DNA of 63,928 bases, counting the filler, from Lenisia limosa (taxonomy: Eukaryota > Protista > Breviatea): NCBI GenBank assembly GCA_001655205.1. It is 11 parts of 11 records of this genome, joined end to end, with 100 filler letters (N's around TTAATTAATTAA, not from the genome) between each part and the next. Parts side by side here need not be neighbours in the genome. Positions count along the whole stretch, not along the records: positions 1 to 7,879 come from LPNZ01001038.1; positions 7,980 to 29,734 come from LPNZ01007791.1; 9 more parts are not named here. One strand, written 5' to 3'. Positions 1 through 11,597 of this stretch are shown one piece after another (position 1 is the stretch's first letter; each line of letters starts with the position of its first letter). The notes below the pieces were generated by a model. It saw nothing but the letters and a program-made list of their open reading frames with translations. It was not told the origin of the DNA and ran no database searches. The translations under genes were made by a program, and so were the position numbers.

Positions 1-266
1 CACTTCCCCCCCCCCTCCCCCATACGTAACAGTGGAGACAGTGGACTTATTAGTTCGATTCGAGCGCGTGCTTCTGGTGCTTCTTGTTGACCTGGGGAGT
101 GAATGGAAATGCTATTCACATGCAAAAGGGGTGTAATAATATGTCAAAATAAAAAGTATCACTGGATGAAGAAAAGAAGGTTCCAGTTTGTGAAGTAATC
201 TCTTGCCTAATACTGTAATATTGTATGTATAATAATAAACATACGCATCAGTTTCAAAACTACTAC

Positions 267-613
267 CCCCAGCCCTCCAACCTTGTTTCCCACGCTGCCG
301 TATTGGGGCGTGAGGGCGGCTACGCAGAAATGAGAAATACACATGGTACTAAGTATCTGGCCGAAGCCGTCCATACATTACGCTTATACGAGATATTGGA
401 ATGTAGTATAATAATATTAATTCACCCAATCATTTGCCTTACAACTCTGTGCACACAGCTTATGAGAACACCCACCTGCTGTGTCACTGGGGCCTTGGGG
501 TTCACTGACGTCACCCTACTCTCGTTGATTTCCGGAGTATAAGCGTCTTTTTTGCGCCCCCCAGGCCGAATTCCGAAGCTTTTGGGAGGAGCGTTGTCCA
601 CCACAGACTTAAC
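267..613 (-). CDS. Partial multi-exon gene, Pro/Ser/Lys-rich unknown protein
   Basis: Exons 613-476 (VKSVVDNAPPKSFGIRPGG...PVTQQ) and 319-267 (PPSRPNTAAWETRLEGW) join in phase 0 across a GT-AG intron. No recognised motif. Confidence 0.55.
327..463 (-). repeat. Family B intronic element (full-length copy filling intron 320-475)
   Basis: On the minus strand it reads TGTGCACAGAGTTGTAAGGCAAATGATTGGGTGAATT...GCGTAATGTATGGACGGCTTCGGCCAGATAC...ATTTCTCAT. The same motifs recur elsewhere in the window. Confidence 0.85.
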
Positions 614-770
614 CTGCGGGGGAGAGGGGTTACATAACGGGTAATATTGGAAAATGTAAGAAACAAAACAGCCCAAATCAACTCTATTGGACACACGAGA
701 GTTGATAACTACAAACAAACATGGCCAGTCGCTTCTGCAGCAACGCATCCCATCACTCCATCAAAAAAAA
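614..770 (-). repeat. Family A element ending at a 3' splice acceptor
   Basis: Reads TGGAGTGATGGGATGC...GCAGAAGCGACTGGCC...ATCAACTCT-loop-AGAGTTGATTTGGGC...TTTTCCAATATTACCC...CCCCCGCAG, immediately followed by the exon starting at 613. Confidence 0.85.
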
Positions 771-807
771 AATCCCACTAAACTCAACTCAGTGGCTCAG
801 AAGGGTT

Positions 808-902
808 GGGCTTCATTCACTTCGGTTCGAAAAATACTGGTAAAATATCGAAAATTTTCGGATTTATCGAAAATTTCATTTTTTCGAACCGAAGTGAAGC
901 AC
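808..902. mobile_element. Family C MITE (GGGCTTCACTTCGGTTCGAAAAA terminal inverted repeats)
   Basis: ~95-bp imperfect palindrome; about 40 full or partial copies counted by eye in the window. Confidence 0.85.
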
Positions 903-2744
903 TAACCGTGGTAAAAATAGAAGAAAACAATCAACTCTCTTGTCGGAAAACGAAGGATATATCGATAAAATGAATGATATGGTCGAAAAAATATTTCCTT
1001 ATATTTCAACTTGCATACATCTATACTTTTTGTGTCTCAACCTCAAGGCATAGAACTTAGAATCGATTTGATGATAGGTTAATAAAGCTGATTCAAAAAC
1101 AAAAACGGAAAAGTGAACCTCCCACAAGATAATCACTTTTCAATCTTCCTCTTATTTTATGATATCTTCATCAAGTAAATCCCACAAACATTGTATCGCA
1201 GAGACTCATTGTGCTTGGAGTGGTGGGTCGCGATCATCATTCGCCCACCATCGTTTTTCCACCGAGGGTTCTGAAAATCGATTAGTTTGACTCCATTATA
1301 ACGTTTGATTAATCGTATTTTCAGCCTTAGAATGAAGAAGGCTTGCCTACTATGGACATTGTGAAAGTGTCTTCTTCAAGAGAACCTCACATTACTCGTC
1401 TTACCCTCTATGATGTTTCTTGTCAGAAAATAGTCAGTAAATACTGTCCTATCTTGCTTTTTCAGCTTTCGTTGCGCCATTTTTCCATTTTCAGCTTTAA
1501 ATTTGATTAGTTTTGATTACGTTATTCTCTTTTTCAAATTAATTTTTACCACCAATCACGCTTTGAGTCACGCAACAAGTCAACAAGTAGACAATAATGA
1601 TCAATTGTGAGTCCACACTAGCTGGCATTTATAGGCTGTCTTTCATTATTTTCCCCCCTATATCGATATTTCATTCCTATTGACTCATCAAAATCACCTC
1701 GGCTCGACGAAACAGTTACATTGAGTGGTAGAGGAGAGTCACTAGTATTATTCCATTTTCACATGTAACCTTGGAAATTTAGGGATTTAGATGCATTTCA
1801 CCAGTCTCACCATTCCAGACACCCAGCCTTGCGTGGGCCATAGTCGCTTTGCAGATGATGTCTTGTCGTCAGTGTTGAGCCAAATACAATACAGGTTGGT
1901 AGGATTCACAAAATTGTTTATCCCTCTGAACCAACTCCTTGGCTCCAGCTGTACACAAAGTTTGAGCATTAGGACTATTTGGTCGAAACCGTCCGCACCA
2001 ATTCCACCATCGATAATAGTTTTTAGTTTCTTCCTGCATAGCATCATGATACTGTAGAGCTTTCTCTGTTTTGCTTCTCACTATCCAGTCCATCCGGAGT
2101 AAGTATTTCGTTACAGAAAGTATTTCGTTACAGACTCTCTTGATGTGCAAAGCCGTGAGTATTGAGACCATTCATAATTTATATCCTCATTATTGGTTCA
2201 TTTTACGTTTCCTGGATTTTAATTGGTCACTACTATTCTCAAAGACTTACAGCAGAAGGTTTGGAAATGCCATGGTGAACAAGTATCATATAAATAAAGG
2301 GACTTGGCAATATTGTACAGATCAATGTCATTATTCTATTGTGTGCAAATGGGATTGTATCGAGGGTGATTGTAATGGGTGTAACATCTGTAGCTATTCT
2401 CAAAAATATATACTATCTTCTCATTGTTTTTTTTACTTGTTTAGGTTGCATTCCTTCAAAATATTGCGGATGTTTCCGACAGCAAAATAAGTAATTGGGG
2501 GGGGGGGGGGTTCTCTGACTTGGAACGTCNNNNNNNNNNNNNNNNNNNNNNNNNNNNNNNNNNNNNNNNNNNNNNNNNNNNNNNNNNNNNNNNNNNNNNN
2601 NNNNNNNNNNNNNNNNNNNNNNNNNNNNNNNNNNNNNNNNNNNNNNNNNNNNNNNNNNNNNNNNNNNNNNNGTTTTTTCAACTTTAACATCAAATATTTG
2701 ATTTACCTCTCATGTGATTCCTTTTGACCCGATAGTTACCTGAT

Positions 2745-3790
2745 GTTCTTCTGCCCGGGTGTCAGGGAACTACTACATTCGATTGACTACTGGGGAATAC
2801 ACCGAGTGCTACTGTATTGTGGTAAATGGGCAAATATGTGACTCATTTGATACTATCCAACAATTATGATAAAATAGTATGTACATAGTGCATTTAAAAG
2901 ATAGTCCTGGTAAGTAATAATTACTAATTTATGATTCCATGGTCAACACTCTGCCAATATGGGTCGCAGAAAGCGGTGTGCATAGAGTTGTTAGGGTAAT
3001 GGTTGAGTGAATGAATATTATTTACTATAAAGCGTGACGATGTAGACCGCTTCGGTCAGAAACAACGTTGTTTATTTCCCATCTTTATAAGCACCCCACC
3101 CCCCATCAGATTTTCAGCTTCAAAATTTATACGTATGGGATGCGGTGCTGTAGAAGCGACTGGCATGGCTTTGCTTGTTTTGTTGTTATCAACCCTCGTG
3201 TCAGCCGTTTTGGGCTTTTTTATTTCATAATTTTTCCAATTTTACTTCCCCCCCCTCCTCCTCCTCCCCAGAGAATTTACTCGGCCATACATGGACGGTG
3301 GTGGGACGCCATGAGGGAAAATACCCTACTGCTGACTGGCTCTGTACTACTTCTTAGGTGGGGCTGGGTTATGGAAATGTATGGAATAGAAAATACAAAT
3401 TATTTTCAGTGTTCGTCGGGCTTGAAAACCCATAAATCACTCATTTTTCTGGGGGTTTTTTTATCCCAAGAATATTTTATATGATCAAATATTCCTTGAA
3501 AAACCGGATACTTTTAACCCCACATTTGACCATATTCAGACCTTCAACACGGGCCTTTCAGTGGACCATTCCATTGCTATCAGAAATGATTTTTGGCGTC
3601 ACGTCAGGAATCGAAGAAATCTGGGGTATCAAGGTGGGAATCGAAGAAAGCTGGATAATGGTGAGAGTCGAGGAAATCTGGGAATTGAATTGACAGAACA
3701 GATGCTTTGGCCAGTGTTCGTGAGTGTAGAGTGGAATGGGCTTCTTTGCAAGGAGCCCTCGAAGTGATGTTATCCAAGCTTTTTAATTGT
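2745..3790 (+). CDS. Possible multi-exon gene, unknown product
   Basis: Candidate exons near 2775-2822, 3272-3358 (RIYSAIHGRWWDAMRENTLLLTGSVLLL) and 3541-3625 (RPSTRAFQWTIPLLSEMIFGV) join in frame; the frame choice is not independently supported. Confidence 0.35.
2981..3088 (+). repeat. Family B element (diverged copy) upstream of a family A copy in the same intron
   Basis: GTGCATAGAGTTGTTAGGG...ATAAAGCGTGACGATGTAGACCGCTTCGGTCAGAAACAAC...ATTTCCCAT. Confidence 0.75.
3137..3271 (+). repeat. Family A element ending at acceptor AG 3270-3271
   Basis: GGGATGCGGTGCTGTAGAAGCGACTGGC...TTTTCCAATTTTACTTCCCCCCCCTCC...CCCCAG. Confidence 0.85.
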
Positions 3791-4532
3791 GGGGCACGCG
3801 GGAAGCTGTTTTTTTGAACAAGAGAAATAATATAGCTACATTAAAAAATCTAGGGAATCGAGCTGTGTGCACAAACATAGTTGTAAGTCAAATGATTGAG
3901 TGAATTCATATTCTACTTTACAATATTGGCGTGATGGTGTTGGCGGCTTCGGCCTTTTTTTTCTAAACATATCAAAATCTCTGGTAGAATATTTTTGACA
4001 TACTTTTTCTACAAAATCTTCTTTGTTTTTGTCAACAACATTTTGGCCACTCCGCAACCCAATATATTTTTGGACAGCGATTTGGGCTCAACCAAATCTG
4101 CGGTGCACCGTATTTTTTGACAAGTAGTAAATAAAAGAAGATTAAAGTTGTATTTTTAGAACAGTTTTTGAAAAATAAAGGGGTCATCTACGAGTTCACA
4201 AACAAGTGCACCTCATATTTAGACAAGTCTCGATTTGGGCTGCGGAGTGGCCAAAAAAATGTTGGAGACAAAAAAAATGAAGAAGATTTTGTGTACGATA
4301 TTAGACTCATGAATGAGATTTTGCCCATTATTTTGTGTTTTGCTATTATCCAAACAAAATAGGGCAGCCCCCCCCCCCTTAATCTCACCCCCAGGTATCG
4401 ACCTTGCCACGTTCGACTGTGGCGGGAGTCGTGAGCTGTTCACAGTGTGCCGGACTGATGATAATCACGGCACCCTTTCATCAGGCTATTACTAATTTCA
4501 AGTTTGCTCAGGGATAGGATGGGTAATGCCTT

Positions 4533-4628
4533 GGGCTTCACTTCGGTTCAAAAAATGACCGAATTTTCCGAAAAATCCTCGAAAACTATTGATATTTTGA
4601 CGGTCTTTGTCGAACCAAAGTGAAGCCC
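4533..4628. mobile_element. Family C MITE
   Basis: GGGCTTCACTTCGGTTC...GAACCAAAGTGAAGCCC; a CCTA-subtype remnant follows directly at ~4640-4722. Confidence 0.85.
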
Positions 4629-6013
4629 AATGCCTGTATCTTCCCTAAAGGCCGTCAAAATATCGATAGTTATCGAGGGATTATCGAGAAATTCAGTCTT
4701 TTTCGGGACCGTAGGGAAGCCTTAGTAATGCCTTTTTATCAAGGCATTACTAAATGGGTAGGGGAGATGGGGAGTCGAGACTTGCATAAACATTTCGAAC
4801 CCTCATGCAGAGGAAAATGGCCCGAATAAGTCCGAATACTGATATGATGTTTATTAAGGCTGTATCAAGAAGGCTGTTTTGGGACTGAGGAGAACCTTTG
4901 TGATATATTCATCTTCTCTGGCTACTTTCCGTTTATGAACTTGACGTTGCTTATTCGCTTAGCATTGACAGCTCATTCGCCTTTTCTGAATACGAAAGTC
5001 AGCTTTATGGCCAACCAAAATCTTTTGTCACCACAACGGGTTAGCAGAAAATCCATACAGCATTTTATGATGTCGTATTACATTTGATATTATATGCATA
5101 CTATTATGATAAATATATCATATGATGGCCAGACACCTTTTATTTGTTTTCTCATTTATTTTTTCAGGACCAGCCCCTGTGTGTGTTGCTGTACGGGAGT
5201 AGTCTTTAGCGTGTTTTGTGATTCTGACTAGTATGTATCTCGATTCAATTTGGTGATTTTTGAATATCAAAACGAAGTCTGGGATGATCAATACTTTTTG
5301 GTGATATATTATTTTGACCTCCTACCCTTTTTCACTGCAGTACCAAGTCCAGAGTAGTTCCCAACCCTCATAAACTGAGCGAAAACAAATTGAATATTTC
5401 GATAAACCTTCGATATTATCTCATAATGTAATAATGTAATAATATAAAATGACCATCAGATAAGTAATGAAGAGCAATGAAGCAACCAGACACAAACTGT
5501 ATTGATGATATATAATTCTGAAACGCTATCAGACGTTGTTATGGAAAATCAAACAACACTACCACAAGGTTGTTTATTGGCTCTCTGACTCCTTTGTTTG
5601 CCGAGCAATTGCTTTTTGTACCTTGAGCATTATAATACGTTTGTCTTTCTTTGAAAAAAAAACACTTCATTGTTCCAAAAACGGCTACATAAGTGATATT
5701 GCGAAATATGGTCTTGGGGTGAACCACTGAAAAGCAATTGTCCTCGTGCCATTGTTCGCTGATATCGGTATAATGGAGTTTTTGTTGTGAATACGTGAAT
5801 TGACAATCAATATTGACCCTCATACTTTGTCGTTGGGAGCGCTGTGTTTGCCTTTATAGAGCTTCTTTGTCGAGTTACTTGTCTAGATCGTTAATTGGAC
5901 GAATACTAAAAATCCATTATCCAACAAGGGTGGTTATGCCATGTTAGACGATTCCCTAATTCTCATCTATTTCTACTACTTGAGAATAAAATAGACTACT
6001 ATTACACTATCAA

Positions 6014-7747
6014 TCAAATCGATATTCTTGAACTAACCTGCGACAGCCAAATTTTCTTGAATTTGCCCTTTCTAACATCAGATCTTTGATCATCACGCAG
6101 GACCCTGGTATAGTAAGGATGAAATAGATGAGCGAAGAAAAGAGAAACCGAGGAAAGGGGGAGATGGGATAAATATGAAGGGAAGATTGAAGAGTAATAG
6201 CAAAAGGGAAGAATAGAGAACGAATAGGAAAAGAGGTAAGAAGCGGGAAAGAAGGGAGGAAGGCCACCCACTTTGCGGCAAAGTCTGCATGTGCGGGTTC
6301 CATCATTCTTGCCTTCTTCTCCTTGGGTGCTGTGGCCTCAGCCAGGTTCTCTTCTGTATTTCGTGTACGCTGAGGGGGGGAAGGTAAAAATGGAAAATTT
6401 ATGAAACAAAAAAGGCCCAAATAAGGGTTGATACAACAAAACAAAGCCAGGTCAGTCGCTTTTGCAGCTGATAGATGATTAATATAACAGGATTTCCTCT
6501 CAGGAAAGAATCGGTAAATATATTGCTACAGTGTCAAAAAAACCCACCAAAAATGTTAGGGAGAGGGGGGATTCATAATTTCATCTTAACAAGCCCTCTC
6601 ATTCACTCACCTCAGTCATGTCGACCTCAGCGTCGATATAGGGCTTGATTTTCTCCATAGTAATGAGCCTACGTGACCATCTCATCGTGATACCTGGTGT
6701 TTGAAAGATATGATATGATACGATATGTATGATATAGCAATGAGAAATAAATACTAAGGTTGTATCTGGCCGAAGCTTTAACCGACTTTCCTTCGGAAAT
6801 CACTTTGCAATTCGGTCAAGACTTATCCCGGTCACTATATATCAATCATACATATGTCTAAGTTATTCTACCAGCATACCTTGGTTTGAGTTTGAGATAA
6901 TTTTGAAGCAAGGGTGGGTGGGCAGGTCGCTGTCCACGTACCTTCAGAAGTGAGCAAAAACAAGTAATAATAAGATTAGAATGGTGAAGTAAGCCTCCCG
7001 ACATAATACATGTTTTTAATGATCATTGGAAATTCTTTCATTCTCCCTCGCCCTCGGATCAAACGTAGACATCCTCAATATTTCTTATTTGTACATTACT
7101 ACCATCATCATATATTACACCCTATACTATACATATGAACTAAAAAATCTTAGTTATCTCCAAGAATAGTTCTTCTTGGAAGATCAAATGTCTTAACAAG
7201 AACGGTCTATCGATAGTAATCGAGAAGTTATAATGATATATGTATAACAATGAGAAATAAAAAAATAATCATATGTGCTAAAAAAAATTCTTAGTTGCCT
7301 TCGTAGATCATACGTCTTTATAAGACCGGCATACTATCAATAGGTTATTGAGTATTTAGTATTTGACCCTGCCAACTCAGTCGTAGTTGGCAGCCAGTAC
7401 ACCAAACGACCGTTCATTGAAAGCGTCCTTGCAGAGAACTAAAAAGTTCATAAATATATGTATTATACATCAGATGATACTTTCATCAAATGATAATATG
7501 ATACGTAATATGAAAAAAAATACACATTAAGTGTCACCAAAAACAAACAAAAATACACTCTCAGCAATTTGTTTGAAAACTATAACTTCAAACATCGATT
7601 CCAATCAAGAAAACATCCGTATCCTCTTTACCTTAATCAGATCGGTTAGCACTTCCGGAACCGGGTAGCCGACGGTTCCGACGGCATTTTGAGACCTGTC
7701 GCCCCGGGTGCCAAGTTTACGAGCGCCGGCACGGACACCGTAAGGCG
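6014..7747 (-). CDS. TRM11: tRNA (guanine-10-N2) methyltransferase catalytic subunit, 3' half
   Basis: Phase-consistent exons 7747-7632, 7438-7377, 6941-6880, 6693-6611, 6369-6272 and 6104-6014 give PPYGVRAGARKLG...VLTDLIKFSARTLSMNGRLVYWLPTTTEYVDSDLPTHPCFKIISNSNQGITMRWSRRLITMEKIKPY. These match the TRM11 motifs DPPYG, GGRLVxWLP, PxHPC and WSRRLxTMEK. The 5' part is lost at the spacer. Confidence 0.88.
6370..6478 (-). repeat. Family A element supplying a TRM11 acceptor
   Basis: CTGCAAAAGCGACTGACCTGGCTTTG...TTTCATAAATTTTCCATTTTTACCTTCCCCCCCTCAG, followed by the exon starting at 6369. Confidence 0.85.
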
Positions 7748-7879
7748 CTGGATGGAGAGGTTTTGAGTATTAAAAAATAACAATTATACATGTAAAAATT
7801 GACAGCAGACGAATAACACGATAATAGAGATAATATGGAATCACCCCATTATACTTAACAAAAACATATTTTCATAACA

Positions 7880-7979
7880 NNNNNNNNNNNNNNNNNNNNN
7901 NNNNNNNNNNNNNNNNNNNNNNNTTAATTAATTAANNNNNNNNNNNNNNNNNNNNNNNNNNNNNNNNNNNNNNNNNNNN
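7880..7979. other. Artificial scaffold-joining spacer (44 N + TTAATTAATTAA + 44 N); first of ten
   Basis: The identical 12-mer (stops in all six frames) between N runs occurs at 7924, 29779, 31036, 35252, 44351, 47910, 52541, 54795, 57508 and 60006. Genes are cut off at these points. Confidence 0.97.
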
Positions 7980-8084
7980 TATGACACTACCCTTAAATAT
8001 AGAGGAAACACCTCAAAACTAGGTTAAAATCCCCTCTCCCCAATTCTAGACCTTACACACCCCTCAAATGCGAGGGGAGCTTAC

Positions 8085-11000
8085 CCGGTCGTTTGAATGA
8101 AGTCGGCATGCAGGTTGTTCTCGAAAGCTACTGCGTCGAAGGATGCCTAATTTCGTAAATATCTGAGAATACACAAATGCTGCCTAATTTCAATCATGTC
8201 TGGACTTATCGCGATCATTGTATCACGTGTAGATTATTAATTTTGTTATCTATTTATGACTAAAATGGTGACTTGGAATTAGATTACAGGGCGCTTTTCT
8301 TCTTGCATTATTTTGACTCGATAGTCTTTCATAAGACCACTCCAAAAAAGGCCTTAAAAAACACAGACCTTGCGTTCATCTTTTGACCCCCACTAACAAA
8401 TAAACTAAAAACCCCGCAAACCTGGGTTTGGTCGCCGATGAAGAGGAACACGGGACGGGACTTCTTGCTCTTAACATCGGAGTCGGTGGAGCGGTAGGAC
8501 GGCCTAGGGTGTTAGGGTTTGTCTAAACAAAATGCAAATTGAATGGGCTTGTCTGAATAGGTCGAGTAAGGTGTTTCTAAACCAAGGCCAATTGAATTAG
8601 GGGACTTCACTGTGGTCCAGAAAACATGACCGAGATTTTCGACAAATCCTCGAAAACTTTCGATTTTCATTGATATATTCCAGCACAGTATATCTCTAGG
8701 AGGACTGGGGTGGAACTTGGGACTAAACATGGGATGGAAAGTGTACTACTTGTTTTTGTTTTTGTGTTTGTTTGGAGTTTCAGATTATTCGGTTAGTGAT
8801 TAGCACCTTTACGCCAGTATTCTTCATCGAAATTTCCTTCGTTTTACCCCCCCCCCCCCNNNNNNNNNNNNNNNNNNNNNNNNNNNNNNNNNNNNNNNNN
8901 NNNNNNNNNNNNNNNNNNNNNNNNNNNNNNNNNNNNNNNNNNNNNNNNNNNNNNNNNNNNNNNNNNNNNNNNGACATTCCGTAGGACTTCACTCCAGCTC
9001 CCTTGAACCTAAAAGGATGATGGAAGATAGACTGAATAGTATGATGGAATATTAATTGTGAAATGAGGCATGATAGAAAAAAAAAAGCATACATATATAT
9101 TACATTATGCAATATTAAATGTAAAAAGGATAACGTGGTAGAAGATAGACTGAAAAGTGTATACATACTACATGATGCAATAATAATTGTAAAGTGAGGC
9201 ATACCGCAGAAAATGGAAGACAAAGCTAATATGAGATATTCATTTGTCCCTAGATTCGCTCACATTTTGAGAGAAGGGTACCCATGGACGTCGTAAGATG
9301 AACACAAATCTGAGAAGTTAGAGAAGATACGATGAGCATCATTGAAGGCTGAGAGAAATATAAATGATTCTCCTTTTTTTATCAGAGAAGTGGCTCCTGG
9401 AGGAGGAGGGAGGGGGAGTAAAGTTGGACAATTAATGAAAAAAAAAACAAACCCAAATTTGGCTAGGGGTGGGGGTGGGGTGAAAGGCATCAACAGTGTT
9501 ATTCTTAACCCTCGGCAATGTTCATATTATTGTCTCCTGACCCTCCCTCTTATCTTTTCTAATATCAGATATGACCCTCTTAACTTTTCGAATATCAGAT
9601 ATGACCTCTTATCTTTTCTAATATCAGATATGTTGCTCCTATCTTTTCTAATGTCAGATAAATATCATATGTTCATCTTACCCCTCCCCCCACCACCACC
9701 ACCACAAATGGTTTCAGATTATCCAGTATTTCACGCAAATATTCATCATTAATTAGTTTCAGCCCCCCTCCTCACCACTAGCTACCCCGCAGTCAACGCT
9801 GACGATTGCAGCGTCCTTCGTTTCGGCAAAGGTTTCACCGAGGGTTTCCCAGACAGGAATGAGACGCTTGCTTGGGGGGTAAAATTGGAAAAAGAACAAA
9901 ACAAAAACCCCAGATATAAAGCCTTAATATGACCGACTCAATCTTGACAGCTTACCAGTGGGTACACCAAGTCTAGATAGTAAGTTGCGAAAAAAAAAAA
10001 CAAAAAAAATAGTGATAAACTAAAAGGAGAAACTTTTTGAGTAGGAAATAGTAAACACTCAACATTAAAGAGAAATATGAATACGTCTGATATGATGATA
10101 CCATAAAAAAAGAAGAAAAAAATATCATATATTAGTATACATGTACTACATATAGTATATATATGACAATACTTCCAAAAATCAGAGAAAAAATCTGATA
10201 CAATGTTATGTAGTAGATATTGGATATAGCATAATAATAATATTAGTATCAGACTACTTCATCTGGTCATTTGCCTGAAGTATATGGGGAAACGGACCAA
10301 GCTGCCGATAACTTCAGTGATAAAAACAGACTTCTACTATTGGCCCTTTGAGCCTCCCCCTTTAACCACGCCATCAAGTCTATAAGTAGGGCTTCCTTAC
10401 GGTGCGAAAAAGTCCGGTATAATTCGATATATTTCGATATATTTCGATAGTTTGTCGATCTTTTTCGTACCGGAGTGAAGCCCGATTCACAACGCATGAG
10501 GGTCGTAGAAATGGACTTCAACACTATCTCTTGCCAACAAATGCACAAAACGAAGAGACATACCTGGAAGAACTTGACAAAAACGACCTTGTGGGATTTG
10601 ATGAGAGAATCGAGGCCTTCTTGGTCTGTCACAGTCTGATGTGTAAAGTTATTTTGCTCAGGGAAAAAGGGTGGGTTTTTTAAAACAAGAGAAATAATAA
10701 ACATTAGAAATAATAAATATATAGGGATACCATAAACAAATTATGATGCTTTGGGCTTCGTGAAAAAATTTGAAGTGGAACGTATTGTCACGAAAACCTC
10801 CATCCATTCCAGACATTTTGATTTCAAATTTAACCAGTTACTTTCCTCAAAAAGGTCATTTTAATGCCAAAAAAAAACACGTGTAGATTGAAATCAAAAC
10901 GATTGGACTACTTTTCAATTGATAATTAACATCACAAACATTAATAGTAACGTAATGTTTTCCGCTTCCGTCAGATAGTTCATTTTAAAACAAATCGTTT

Positions 11001-11314
11001 GTTTCATTTAAAGCACAACACAAAGAAAAAGCGTGAAGATAATACCTCTTCAAACACAAGAGGAAACATCCAAAACGCCAAATAATAACATTAAACCGAG
11101 TGAAATACCCAGTTACCAGAACTACATCCTCCTTAATTGGCTCATTGGCATCGATCCATCCAGCATCCTCATCTTCATCCTCGTCTGCGACAACCTAAGA
11201 CGGTCAGAACGATTTGAGACAGGAAAAATGTTCTGCAATGCGTACAACTGATCCAGCAGCGACAAGCGAGAAGAGGAAGAGTAGTCCGAGAAGAAATACG
11301 CTCAAGGTCTTCAT
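8085..11314 (-). CDS. Protein disulfide isomerase-family thioredoxin protein, 5' part
   Basis: Exons 11314-11246 (signal peptide MKTLSVFLLGLLFLFSLVAA), 11194-11117, 10635-10564, 9972-9956, 9870-9776, 9309-9264 and 9008-8976 give [49 protein letters not shown]...SVDCGVASDLCSSYDVHGYPSLKMFK. Probable b-domain exons lie at 8503-8422 and 8146-8085. All checked junctions are GT-AG and in phase. Confidence 0.9.
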
Positions 11315-11597
11315 GGTGGCCCTTTTCTTTTCCCTTCTACCGTTTAACTAATCTGAAATTGAATTATTAAGCACTTCAACAACCGCCTTCTTGAGAAACC
11401 GGTTTAATTTTTCCTTTTCCTTTTATGTCAAAGATCTATGATCGCAAGCCAAAACGTTGGGTGTTGTTTCCTGTTTGGTTGTTGTTCTTTGTTTGCTTGT
11501 TGGCTTTCACAATAATCATATTTGTATAGTTGTTGTGAGGAGAGATTAAAACCAGTTGGAAATAGGAACGAGCAGATTATCATCTTTCTCAGGGATC
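11315..11597. promoter_or_regulatory. Putative bidirectional promoter between PDI (-) and the sushi-like gene (+)
   Basis: Two signal-peptide start codons (11314 and 11598) face away from each other, 283 bp apart. Inferred from position only. Confidence 0.45.

Noticed and set aside
1787-2171. Overlapping 86-100 aa minus-strand ORFs
   Set aside because: No recognisable motif and no resolvable splice model; they may contain an exon, but it cannot be supported.
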